A stretch of DNA of 64,000 nt from Bacteroidota bacterium (GTDB taxonomy: Bacteria > Bacteroidota > Bacteroidia > Bacteroidales > FEN-979). Positions 9,502-16,207 of this stretch are shown piece by piece. The notes beneath the pieces are model-generated. The model was not told the origin of the DNA, did no database searches, and saw nothing but the letters and a program-made list of their open reading frames with translations. A program made the position numbers and the translations under genes. The DNA is taken from contig JBAXBP010000001.1 in the NCBI GenBank assembly GCA_037141915.1, positions 1,267-65,266 of the forward strand. The letters run 5' to 3'. The first letter of the stretch is position 1, and every line of letters starts with the position of its first letter.

Positions 9502-9577
9502 AGGCTATAACCATAAAATATAATGCAAAAATAAGGTATTAGCCTGATATATGCAAATAAAAATAAGGTTTTAGCCT
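9502..9577. promoter_or_regulatory. Three copies of GGTWTTAGCCT (two direct, one inverted) upstream of the HTH/Fic operon; candidate operator, overlapping a TATTTTTG -7 box on the minus strand
   Basis: AAAATAAGGTATTAGCCT at 9528..9545 and AAAATAAGGTTTTAGCCT at 9560..9577 match at 17/18 positions with 32-bp spacing. The inverted partial copy AGGCTATAACC at 9502..9512 abuts the ATG (9498..9500). On the minus strand the proximal copy reads AGGCTAATACCTTATTTTTG. Confidence 0.45.
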
Positions 9578-9608
9578 TTGCAGCTCTCCGGTTAGACTCC
9601 CGGTTATT

Positions 9609-9668
9609 CTGGCCCGAAGACGGGTCAGGATTTTCGGTCCGCGGTTAACAGCGGTAACCGGGCGGACC
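9609..9668. terminator. Two GC-rich hairpins downstream of arsC (possible terminators without a clear U-tract)
   Basis: Hairpin 1 at 9609..9628 is CTGGCCCG-AAGA-CGGGTCAG (8 bp including one G-U pair). Hairpin 2 at 9636..9668 is GGTCCGC/GGTTA ... TAACC(gg)GCGGACC (7+5 bp with a 2-nt bulge). Neither is followed by a good T-run on the minus strand. Confidence 0.3.
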
Positions 9669-9691
9669 CTGAAAAGAAAAGGGAAATTGGG

Positions 9692-10120
9692 TTATTGAAC
9701 TAAACTGATAAATCTTAGGATTTCCTCCCTGATTTCCTCCCTCACTTTCCGAGTTTTTTCAAGTTTCTCTTCTTCTGTTCCCGTGAAGGAGGATGGGTCT
9801 TCAAATGACCAATGGAGGGTTTTAGTCGCACTTGGGAAAATGGGGCATCTTTCTGAATTCGCAGCATCGCAAACGGTCACCACATAATTGAAAAGAGTTC
9901 CATCTTTATAGAAGTCAAATACATCTTTTGTTTCGTTTGCTGAAATGTCTATCCCGGTCTCGGCCATGACTTTAACTGCCAGCGGGTTTAAGGTCCCTTT
10001 TTCCAGGCCGGCGCTTTGGGCGTCGAATTTATCACCGGCCATGTTATTCAGCAATGCCTCCGCTATCTGGCTGCGGGCTGAATTGTGAATACAAACAAAT
10101 AAAACCCTGGTCTTTTCCAT
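9692..10120 (-). CDS. arsC: Arsenate reductase, thioredoxin-coupled LMW-PTPase type
   Basis: P-loop VLFVCIHNSARSQIAEA (C-x5-R-S) plus the downstream Cys pair VVTVCDAANSERCPIFP, as in S. aureus/B. subtilis-type ArsC. Confidence 0.9.
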   Translation of the reverse strand: MEKTRVLFVCIHNSARSQIAEALLNNMAGDKFDAQSAGLEKGTLNPLAVKVMAETGIDISANETKDVFDFYKDGTLFNYVVTVCDAANSERCPIFPSATKTLHWSFEDPSSFTGTEEEKLEKTRKVREEIREEILRFISLVQ

Positions 10121-10137
10121 TGAGCAATATTTTAGAA

Positions 10138-10173
10138 AATGAATTCAATCGTAAAAGTACGATGGAATTCATT
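10138..10173. other. Near-perfect 16-bp inverted repeat between the Cys-rich gene and arsC
   Basis: AATGAATTCAATCGTA-AAAG-TACGATGGAATTCATT, 15/16 paired with a 4-nt loop. It lies 18 nt upstream of the arsC ATG. On the minus strand it is followed by TTTCT. Confidence 0.6.
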
Positions 10174-10303
10174 CAGCAAAACAAAACCTGTATTAACTTA
10201 TTGTTAAATCGTTGCGCGACATTAAACTCTACCCGCAGATTCCCCACTTGCCGGGGAACCGGGTGGTATGGCTCGCCACGGGCGCAAATCACTGATCCCA
10301 GTG

Positions 10304-11002
10304 TTACTGAAAATAAATGCAGTCCGCCTCCAGACATTCTTTATTGTATTCCGAGAATCCGCAATGGACCTCCGATGATTCCAATGTAACCTGAAACTTT
10401 TCCTCCAGGAACTTTATTGCTTCACTCAAGGCAAGATAAGTATCCCTTTTGCAGCACCTTGGGCCTCCATGTTCTGCAATTGAAACCAGGCATTTTCCTG
10501 TCATCAGGTTGCTCAGCTTCCATTCTTCTTGGGCCAGAGGTGTTGAACCTGTAATCACGCTGATGAAAATCCCGGTTCCCACGCCTGCCCCGCAATTCCC
10601 ATGGGTTCCACAGAATCCGCCGGGAACCTTTTCGGCCCGTTTACGTACGATTTCAATTTTTGTTGATTTCGAGGGATCTTTCAGGAGGTTGCAGTAAGCA
10701 GAAATAAGTACAGCCGGCACCAGGAAATGATGTTCGGGGCCATGCATTTTTATCTTTTCACTATGCATGATCGCGGTAGCCATTTCAATTGGATTCAAGG
10801 AAGCTGAATGGTTGCACCAGGTCTCAATCAGCTCAATCCCCGATTGGGCATGGCAGTTGTCACAAACAAAATGATCATTAACACAGCTAACATTCGATTG
10901 AAATGTTCCTTTACAGTAATAACATTCCTTCATTTCATAAGCTGCACCGTAAACCAAATCTTTTCCGCAGATCAGGCAGCCATTCCTGTTTTCCATAATC
11001 AT
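10304..11002 (-). CDS. Cysteine-rich protein of unknown function embedded in the ars operon
   Basis: About 20 Cys in 232 aa, including CLICGKD, CYYCKG, CVNDHFVCDNCH, GFCGTHGNCGAG and PRCCKRD. I prefer the ATG at 11000..11002, 1 nt after the acr3 stop (...GCT TAG C ATG ATT ATG GAA). The track start at 11053 would overlap acr3 by 50 nt. Confidence 0.7.
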   Translation of the reverse strand: MIMENRNGCLICGKDLVYGAAYEMKECYYCKGTFQSNVSCVNDHFVCDNCHAQSGIELIETWCNHSASLNPIEMATAIMHSEKIKMHGPEHHFLVPAVLISAYCNLLKDPSKSTKIEIVRKRAEKVPGGFCGTHGNCGAGVGTGIFISVITGSTPLAQEEWKLSNLMTGKCLVSIAEHGGPRCCKRDTYLALSEAIKFLEEKFQVTLESSEVHCGFSEYNKECLEADCIYFQ

Positions 11003-11003
11003 G

Positions 11004-12056
11004 CTAAGCTGTTTGTTTGGTGAAATACTTGCGCTGAAACCAGAATGATACATTGACCAGGCTGATCAGAACGGGAACTTCAACCAGGGGGCCGATCACG
11101 GCCGCAAAGGCAACTCCCGAACTGATGCCGAAAACCGAAACAGCTACTGCTATTGCCAGTTCAAAATTATTACTTGCCGCTGTGAAGGAAAGAGTAGCGG
11201 TTTTCTCATACCCGGCGCCAATACGCTTACCGATAAAAAATGACGCAATGAACATGACCACGAAATATATGATCAGTGGTATGGCGATACGCACTACGTC
11301 AAGCGGGATCTTTACAATATACTCACCTTTGAGTGAGAACATCACAATGATCGTGAAAAGCAGTGCGACCAGGGTGATAGGGCTGATTTTAGGGATGAAT
11401 TTACTTTCGTACCAGTCCCGGCTTTTCAGGTGGATAAGGCTGAACCTGGTGATAATCCCAGCAATAAAAGGGATCCCCAGGTATATGAACACGCTCTTTG
11501 CAATCTGGCCTATCGTGATGTCCACCGCAAAAGTTTTAAGGCCCAGCCAGGAAGGTAGTATCGTAAGAAAAATATAGGCGTAAACCGAAAAGAACAGGAC
11601 CTGAAAAATTGAATTAAAGGCTACCAGGCCTGCACAATATTCCCTGTCGCCTTTTGCAAGGTCATTCCATACGATGACCATCGCGATGCATCTTGCCAGT
11701 CCGATAAGGATCAGTCCGGCCATGTATTCAGGATATCCCCTGAGAAAGATGATCGCTAACAGGAACATGAATATGGGCCCTATGATCCAGTTCTGGACCA
11801 GGGAAACAGTAAGGATCTTTATGTTTTTAAACACATCACCCAGTTCTTCATACCTCACCTTTGCAAGAGGCGGGTACATCATAAGGATCAATCCAATGGC
11901 GATTGGGATATTGGTGGTCCCTGACTGAAAGCTGTTCCAGAAGCCGGCAACAGAAGGGAAATGATATCCTGAAAAAACACCTGCAAACATAGCCAGGAAA
12001 ATCCATAAGGTCAGGTAGCGGTCTAAAAAGCCAAGACGTTTTTTTGATGGAGACAT
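11004..12056 (-). CDS. acr3: ACR3-family arsenite efflux permease
   Basis: [27 protein letters not shown]... and a ~10-TM profile. The conserved ...GLARCIAMV... region carries the Cys typical of Acr3. Confidence 0.9.
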   Translation of the reverse strand: MSPSKKRLGFLDRYLTLWIFLAMFAGVFSGYHFPSVAGFWNSFQSGTTNIPIAIGLILMMYPPLAKVRYEELGDVFKNIKILTVSLVQNWIIGPIFMFLLAIIFLRGYPEYMAGLILIGLARCIAMVIVWNDLAKGDREYCAGLVAFNSIFQVLFFSVYAYIFLTILPSWLGLKTFAVDITIGQIAKSVFIYLGIPFIAGIITRFSLIHLKSRDWYESKFIPKISPITLVALLFTIIVMFSLKGEYIVKIPLDVVRIAIPLIIYFVVMFIASFFIGKRIGAGYEKTATLSFTAASNNFELAIAVAVSVFGISSGVAFAAVIGPLVEVPVLISLVNVSFWFQRKYFTKQTA

Positions 12057-12083
12057 GGGATGGATGATTTACGATTTTATGGA

Positions 12084-12110
12084 CAATGTACGATGTACAA
12101 TGTACAAATG
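12084..12110. repeat. Tandem heptamers C(A/G)ATGTA x3.5 in the arsM-acr3 spacer; contains an 18-mer identical to one at 41618..41635
   Basis: CAATGTA CGATGTA CAATGTA CAAATG. ATGTACAATGTACAAATG (12093..12110) recurs exactly at 41618..41635. Confidence 0.9.
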
Positions 12111-12115
12111 CTCAA

Positions 12116-12922
12116 TTATTTTTCGGCGGTGACGGTGATGCTGAATATGCCGGTCTTATTATTTTTGAATTCACTGATTTCGGCTTCAGTCAGGTAATTG
12201 CGCAACAGTTCATCGGGCAGTTCAATTTCTTTTTCCTTGTTGATCTCAATGTTCCTGAACCCTGACTGACTAATTATTTCGAGGTATTCATCTTTCTGTA
12301 TGGCTCCTGCAACACAGCCTGAATACATTACGGCATCATCTTTCAATCCTTTGGGAAGCTTCCCTTGCAGCACCACATCGGAAATGCTGAAGTGACCTCC
12401 GGGTTTAAGAGCGCGGAATATACCATCATAGGCCTTTTTTTTGTCTGGCACCAGGTTCAAAACGCAATTGCTCACAACCACGTCGATAGTACCAGAAGGA
12501 ACAGGCATTTCCTCAATATCGCCTTTGATGAATTCCACATTGGTAAAGCCTAATTTTTTCACATTTTCACGGGCTTTTTCAAGCATGGTATCACTGAAAT
12601 CAATCCCAATCACTTTGCCTGATTCTCCCGACAGTGCACGGGCTACAAAGCAATCATTGCCTGCGCCTGAGCCAAGGTCAAGTACCGTATCGCCTTTTTT
12701 TATTCTGGCAAATTGTGTAGGTATCCCGCAACCAAGGCCAAGGTCTGCATCGGGATTGTAACCATCGAGCTTCTCATAATTCTCACTGAAGATGGTATAG
12801 TCGATCTCGCAGCATCCGCCGGCACCGCAGCATGATGTTTCATTTTCTTTCTTTGACTGCGTTGCGATCTGGCTGTATTTTTCTTTGACGATCTCTTTGA
12901 TGTCCTTCTTTTGAATATTCAT
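12116..12922 (-). CDS. arsM: Arsenite S-adenosylmethionine methyltransferase
   Basis: N-terminal Cys cluster ETSCCGAGGCCE, SAM-binding motif VLDLGSGAGNDCF and a conserved downstream Cys (YSGCVAGA). Length 268 aa. Confidence 0.9.
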   Translation of the reverse strand: MNIQKKDIKEIVKEKYSQIATQSKKENETSCCGAGGCCEIDYTIFSENYEKLDGYNPDADLGLGCGIPTQFARIKKGDTVLDLGSGAGNDCFVARALSGESGKVIGIDFSDTMLEKARENVKKLGFTNVEFIKGDIEEMPVPSGTIDVVVSNCVLNLVPDKKKAYDGIFRALKPGGHFSISDVVLQGKLPKGLKDDAVMYSGCVAGAIQKDEYLEIISQSGFRNIEINKEKEIELPDELLRNYLTEAEISEFKNNKTGIFSITVTAEK

Positions 12923-12953
12923 TGGTTTAAAATTTAATTCGTTAGTTTATCGA

Positions 12954-13367
12954 TTATTTTCTTTCTCTTGGCCTGATCATGCATGGACAAGGTCCGTTAA
13001 GAGGCTGGTATTTCCCCGCTTTCATGGGAAACCCGTCTTTTTCCCAATCGGCGATCCCTCCTGCCAGGCTGGCAATATTTTCGTAACCTTTTGCTCTCAG
13101 GGAAACTGCATATTTCCTGCTCCATAATCCTACCGCATCGGCCAGGATCAAGGGTTTATCCAGGGGTAGTGATTCCCATTTCTCTTCAAATTCAGTATGT
13201 GGAAGATAAATTATATTCTCGACCCCGAATGCACGGATATCAGTATCGAATTCTTCCCTGAGATCGACCATGGTTGCTCCAGCTCCTAATAGTTCCAGGA
13301 CTTCCTTTGGCAGGGGATAGGGGATTCCATCGATCTTCAGGCTGCAGTTTTCAAAAAAATCCGGCAT
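12954..13367 (-). CDS. Rhodanese-homology domain protein (active-site Cys position is Asp) with C-terminal CPC motif
   Basis: Rhodanese-like layout (...MVDLREEFD...IIYLPH...KPLILADAVGLWSRKYAVSLRAKGYENIASLAGGIADWEKDG). The loop reads ADAVGLWSR where the C-x-x-G-x-R Cys is expected. The tail is ...NGPCPCMIRPRERK. Confidence 0.7.
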   Translation of the reverse strand: MPDFFENCSLKIDGIPYPLPKEVLELLGAGATMVDLREEFDTDIRAFGVENIIYLPHTEFEEKWESLPLDKPLILADAVGLWSRKYAVSLRAKGYENIASLAGGIADWEKDGFPMKAGKYQPLNGPCPCMIRPRERK

Positions 13368-13379
13368 AGGACGGAAGGT

Positions 13380-14093
13380 TTATATGGAAGCATTGAAAAA
13401 GTAAATAGCAATGAAGTATATCCCGCTAAGGATAAAGATAACGGCAACAATCCTCCTGAACCACAGCTCAAAGATTTTGATCCTGTTATAAAAACCCCCG
13501 ACTGAAGAGATACTGAAGGCTATGATATAAGCGATAATAATGACTGGCAGTCCTGTTGCAATGGCGAACACCAGGGGCAGCAAAATTCCTGCCTTACTGG
13601 CCAGGGTCATAGGGATCAGGATGCCAAAATAAAGAACTCCGCTGTATGGGCAGAAAGCAAGGGCGAAAAGACAACCCAGCACAAATGAACCCCAGTAACT
13701 GTTTATCTTCAGTTTAGCAATAAGCCGGTCGGTCAGGTTGCTCAGGGAAAATTTTCCCAGGTTAATAAAATCGAGCATCAGGATACCAATGATAAGCAAG
13801 AATATCCCGATGAATTTCTCCCCGTTTGACTGGAGAAACCTTGCAAGATGGAACCTGCTTGCACCGAAAAATAAAATAAGTCCTAAAGCAGTATAACTGA
13901 AAGCCCTTCCTGCAGTATAGATCAAGCCATTGAGAAATACCCTGCGTTTATTTACCAGGTCTTTACTGATGTATGCTGTGGCGGTAATGTTTGTGGCAAG
14001 CGGGCATGGACTTATGGATGTCATAACACCCAGAATGAATGCCGACAAAAATGGCAGCTGAGCAGAGTCCAGGATATTTTGGAGGTACTCCAT
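13380..14093 (-). CDS. CcdA/DsbD-family six-TM thiol-disulfide transfer membrane protein (ArsG-family-like in ars operons)
   Basis: Polytopic membrane protein with two membrane-embedded Cys motifs, SISPCPLATN and LAFCPYSGVL, as in CcdA/DsbD. It lies inside the ars operon. Confidence 0.7.
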   Translation of the reverse strand: MEYLQNILDSAQLPFLSAFILGVMTSISPCPLATNITATAYISKDLVNKRRVFLNGLIYTAGRAFSYTALGLILFFGASRFHLARFLQSNGEKFIGIFLLIIGILMLDFINLGKFSLSNLTDRLIAKLKINSYWGSFVLGCLFALAFCPYSGVLYFGILIPMTLASKAGILLPLVFAIATGLPVIIIAYIIAFSISSVGGFYNRIKIFELWFRRIVAVIFILSGIYFIAIYFFNASI

Positions 14094-14097
14094 AAGT

Positions 14098-14505
14098 CTA
14101 TTTCAGCAGCAAATTAATTTTATCCTTCAGCACGCTGATAAATTTATCGGGGTTATACCGTGCATTGGCAAAAGCAAATTCAGTAAGGTCGTTCCTGCTC
14201 TCTTTGCCTCCCGACGTTTTTGTAAGGAACAAAGCCGAACCGGTCGCCTCATATTTCTCAGCTATGGCCTTGCTCTTACTGTCATCCACATCGATCACAG
14301 TGAATTTAATAGTGCCGTTCTTCAACTGTGAGGCGAAATAAACATCAAGGGTTTTCTTTGTGTTTTCTTCGATCGCCATGCAGGTGGGGCATCTCCGCGT
14401 TGCATGGAAATACAATACTTCCAGTTTTAAAGTTGGGTTCTGGGCCATCAGCATTGAGCAGAAGATGAAGCCCAGGATCAATGAAAGACTAAGTTTCTTA
14501 ATCAT
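14098..14505 (-). CDS. Exported thioredoxin-fold protein with CxxC (ArsF-family-like)
   Basis: Signal peptide MIKKLSLSLILGFIFCSMLMAQN, then YFHATRRCPTCMAIE (CxxC) in a ~110-aa thioredoxin-like body. Confidence 0.6.
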   Translation of the reverse strand: MIKKLSLSLILGFIFCSMLMAQNPTLKLEVLYFHATRRCPTCMAIEENTKKTLDVYFASQLKNGTIKFTVIDVDDSKSKAIAEKYEATGSALFLTKTSGGKESRNDLTEFAFANARYNPDKFISVLKDKINLLLK

Positions 14506-14516
14506 GATATTTTAAT

Positions 14517-14771
14517 TTATTGCCCTGTTTTGTTGATATGTTCCTGTATAAGCTGTTTGATCTCTGAAACTGCAGGCACCCTGCCATTAATCACCACCTG
14601 TTCATCGAACACAAGGGCCGGTGTTCGCATTACCTTGTAGCCGATGATTTTCGTGATGTCTTCAACCTTTATCACTTCGGCACAACTTCCCAATTCAGCT
14701 ACCGCTTTCCTGGTGTTACTCTCCAGTGTTCTGCAACTGGGGCACCCTGTTCCCAGTACTTTAATGATCAT
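14517..14771 (-). CDS. Small thioredoxin/glutaredoxin-like protein (redox-active disulfide protein 2 type)
   Basis: MIIKVLGTGCPSCRTLE..., 84 aa, with CxxC at the N-terminus of helix 1. The ATGA start/stop overlaps arsR. Confidence 0.8.
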   Translation of the reverse strand: MIIKVLGTGCPSCRTLESNTRKAVAELGSCAEVIKVEDITKIIGYKVMRTPALVFDEQVVINGRVPAVSEIKQLIQEHINKTGQ

Positions 14772-15103
14772 ACTTTTTGTGTTTCTGGTATTGACCGATA
14801 CGATTGCTTCCAGAAATCGGCAAACAGCTTCTGAGCCTGTTTCCAGTTCTCCGGTTCAATGCAGTACCTGATTTTGGGAGGCTCAATACATCCCTGGATC
14901 AAGCCCGATTCCTTCAATTCTTTCAGATGCTGTGATACCGTGGCCTGTGCGATCGGGAGTTCTTCAACGATCTCTCCGCAAAAACAGGTATCCATTGAAG
15001 CAAGCAGCTTCACGATCGCAATCCTGGCAGGATGGCTCAATGCCTTGGCAAACCTGGCCATCCGTATATCATCTTCATTATAATCCGTACTTGTATATGC
15101 CAT
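14768..15103 (-). CDS. arsR: ArsR/SmtB-family metalloregulator
   Basis: ALSHPARIAIVKLLASMDTCFCGEIVEELPIAQATVSQHLKELKESGLI: a winged HTH with a CxC metal site just before the recognition helix. Confidence 0.9.
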   Translation of the reverse strand: MAYTSTDYNEDDIRMARFAKALSHPARIAIVKLLASMDTCFCGEIVEELPIAQATVSQHLKELKESGLIQGCIEPPKIRYCIEPENWKQAQKLFADFWKQSYRSIPETQKV

Positions 15104-15118
15104 ATTGATTGTTTATCG

Positions 15119-15126
15119 CAAATATA
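15119..15126 (-). promoter_or_regulatory. Candidate -7 promoter box (TATATTTG on the minus strand) for the ars operon
   Basis: The plus strand reads CAAATATA, so the minus strand reads TATATTTG, 15 nt upstream of the arsR ATG. Confidence 0.35.
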
Positions 15127-15187
15127 CGATGAGATTTTGAATTATGAACTGATTTACCCGATTTTTAATAAACCAGAGAAATACTTT

Positions 15188-15241
15188 TAAATTTGCATTG
15201 ATTTTCATGGCTGTCCTGTTTACGCAGCCATGAATTTTTTT
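15188..15241 (+). promoter_or_regulatory. TAAATTTG -7 box followed directly by a 10-bp perfect hairpin and a T7 run (leader terminator/attenuator or operator) upstream of the KASIII-like gene
   Basis: TAAATTTG at 15188..15195. TTCATGGCTG (15204..15213), an 11-nt loop, CAGCCATGAA (15225..15234), then TTTTTTT (15235..15241). The ATG is at 15299. Confidence 0.45.
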
Positions 15242-15298
15242 GATTAAGCAGGAGAGAAAACAAGGTTATCAGAAGTAAAAAATCAAGCGGAGAACAAC

Positions 15299-16192
15299 AT
15301 GGGGACAGTCTTTTCTAAAATGAACAGCTATTTTGAGTTTTCGAAAGAAAGAGATCTGAAAGAATATCCCAAACAGGTCTTCGTGCTTGCCGAAAAGTCC
15401 CTGGGTCCTCTTCTCGAATCAAAGCTCCCCGAAAACCTTAGTCATTTAATAGTGGCCACGACCACCCCGGATTCACTTGCCCCTTCCCTCGGACAGATGA
15501 TCGTTGATAAATTCAGCAGTTCTTTTTCAAATTGTCATTGCATCGATATTGTCCAGGGATGTGCAGGAAGCGTTACTTCCATGATAGTGGCCAGCCAGCT
15601 GGCCGAGTTGAATAAATCGTCGGTGATGGTGGTTAATGCCGATGCGGCAAAAAGGGCCACCTCCAGGTCAAGCAAGTTTAATAAAATTTTCGGGAACGGA
15701 TCGTTTGCCTGCCTGATCAGTTACCAGGATTCCAATACGGGGCTGATACACTCAAAGTCCAGGCAATACAAGGGCCTTTCGGAGGTTGTAAGTGTTCCCT
15801 TAGGTCATGATCTGCATGAAATATTATTAAGGGAGAACAAGAACCTGTACAGTGATCCGCGAAAATATCTCGGCCTGTCGATGAACAACCCCCTTGCATT
15901 GAAGCTGATCAGGAAAGCCGAAGCTTTTTACCTTGATTTTACCAAAGAGACCGGCCCGCCGGATATCATGATCCTTCACCAGGTGAACCCGCTTATACTG
16001 AAATACTTTTCATCGGTCTTTAAAAAGTATAAAATTGAATTTATCAACGTTGTTGAAACTACCGGGAACTGTGGTACCGCATCGGTAGGCATTGCGCTGG
16101 ATTCAATCAAGAACACCATAGGGGGTAAAACTGTTCTTTTATGCAGTTTCGGGACCGGCGGGGTCATTACAGCAGGCTATTGGCAAACCTAA
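15299..16192 (+). CDS. KASIII (FabH)-like condensing enzyme, N-terminally short (297 aa)
   Basis: Active-site Cys context IVQGCAGSVTSMIVAS, His in ILHQVNPLIL and Asn in TTGNCGTASVGIAL. The frame is closed by TAA at 15245..15247, so the usual ~35-aa N-terminal strand (M..I.G.G.Y.P) cannot be encoded. Confidence 0.7.
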   Translation: MGTVFSKMNSYFEFSKERDLKEYPKQVFVLAEKSLGPLLESKLPENLSHLIVATTTPDSLAPSLGQMIVDKFSSSFSNCHCIDIVQGCAGSVTSMIVASQLAELNKSSVMVVNADAAKRATSRSSKFNKIFGNGSFACLISYQDSNTGLIHSKSRQYKGLSEVVSVPLGHDLHEILLRENKNLYSDPRKYLGLSMNNPLALKLIRKAEAFYLDFTKETGPPDIMILHQVNPLILKYFSSVFKKYKIEFINVVETTGNCGTASVGIALDSIKNTIGGKTVLLCSFGTGGVITAGYWQT

Positions 16193-16207
16193 ACACCAGG
16201 ATTCCTT

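Noticed and set aside
11053-11577. Long antisense ORFs inside confirmed genes (for example 11053..11577, 33151..33861, 35888..36580, 38513..39055, 52079..52588, 61172..61885)
   Set aside because: Each lies entirely within a longer opposite-strand gene that has clear family motifs. Their sequences are Arg/Pro/Gly-rich or low-complexity, as is typical of shadow frames.
8200-15103. Whether the kinase remnant, Fic pair and ars operon form a mobile genomic island
   Set aside because: I could find no integrase, transposase, tRNA attachment site or flanking direct repeats. Accessory character is plausible, but mobility is unsupported from this window.
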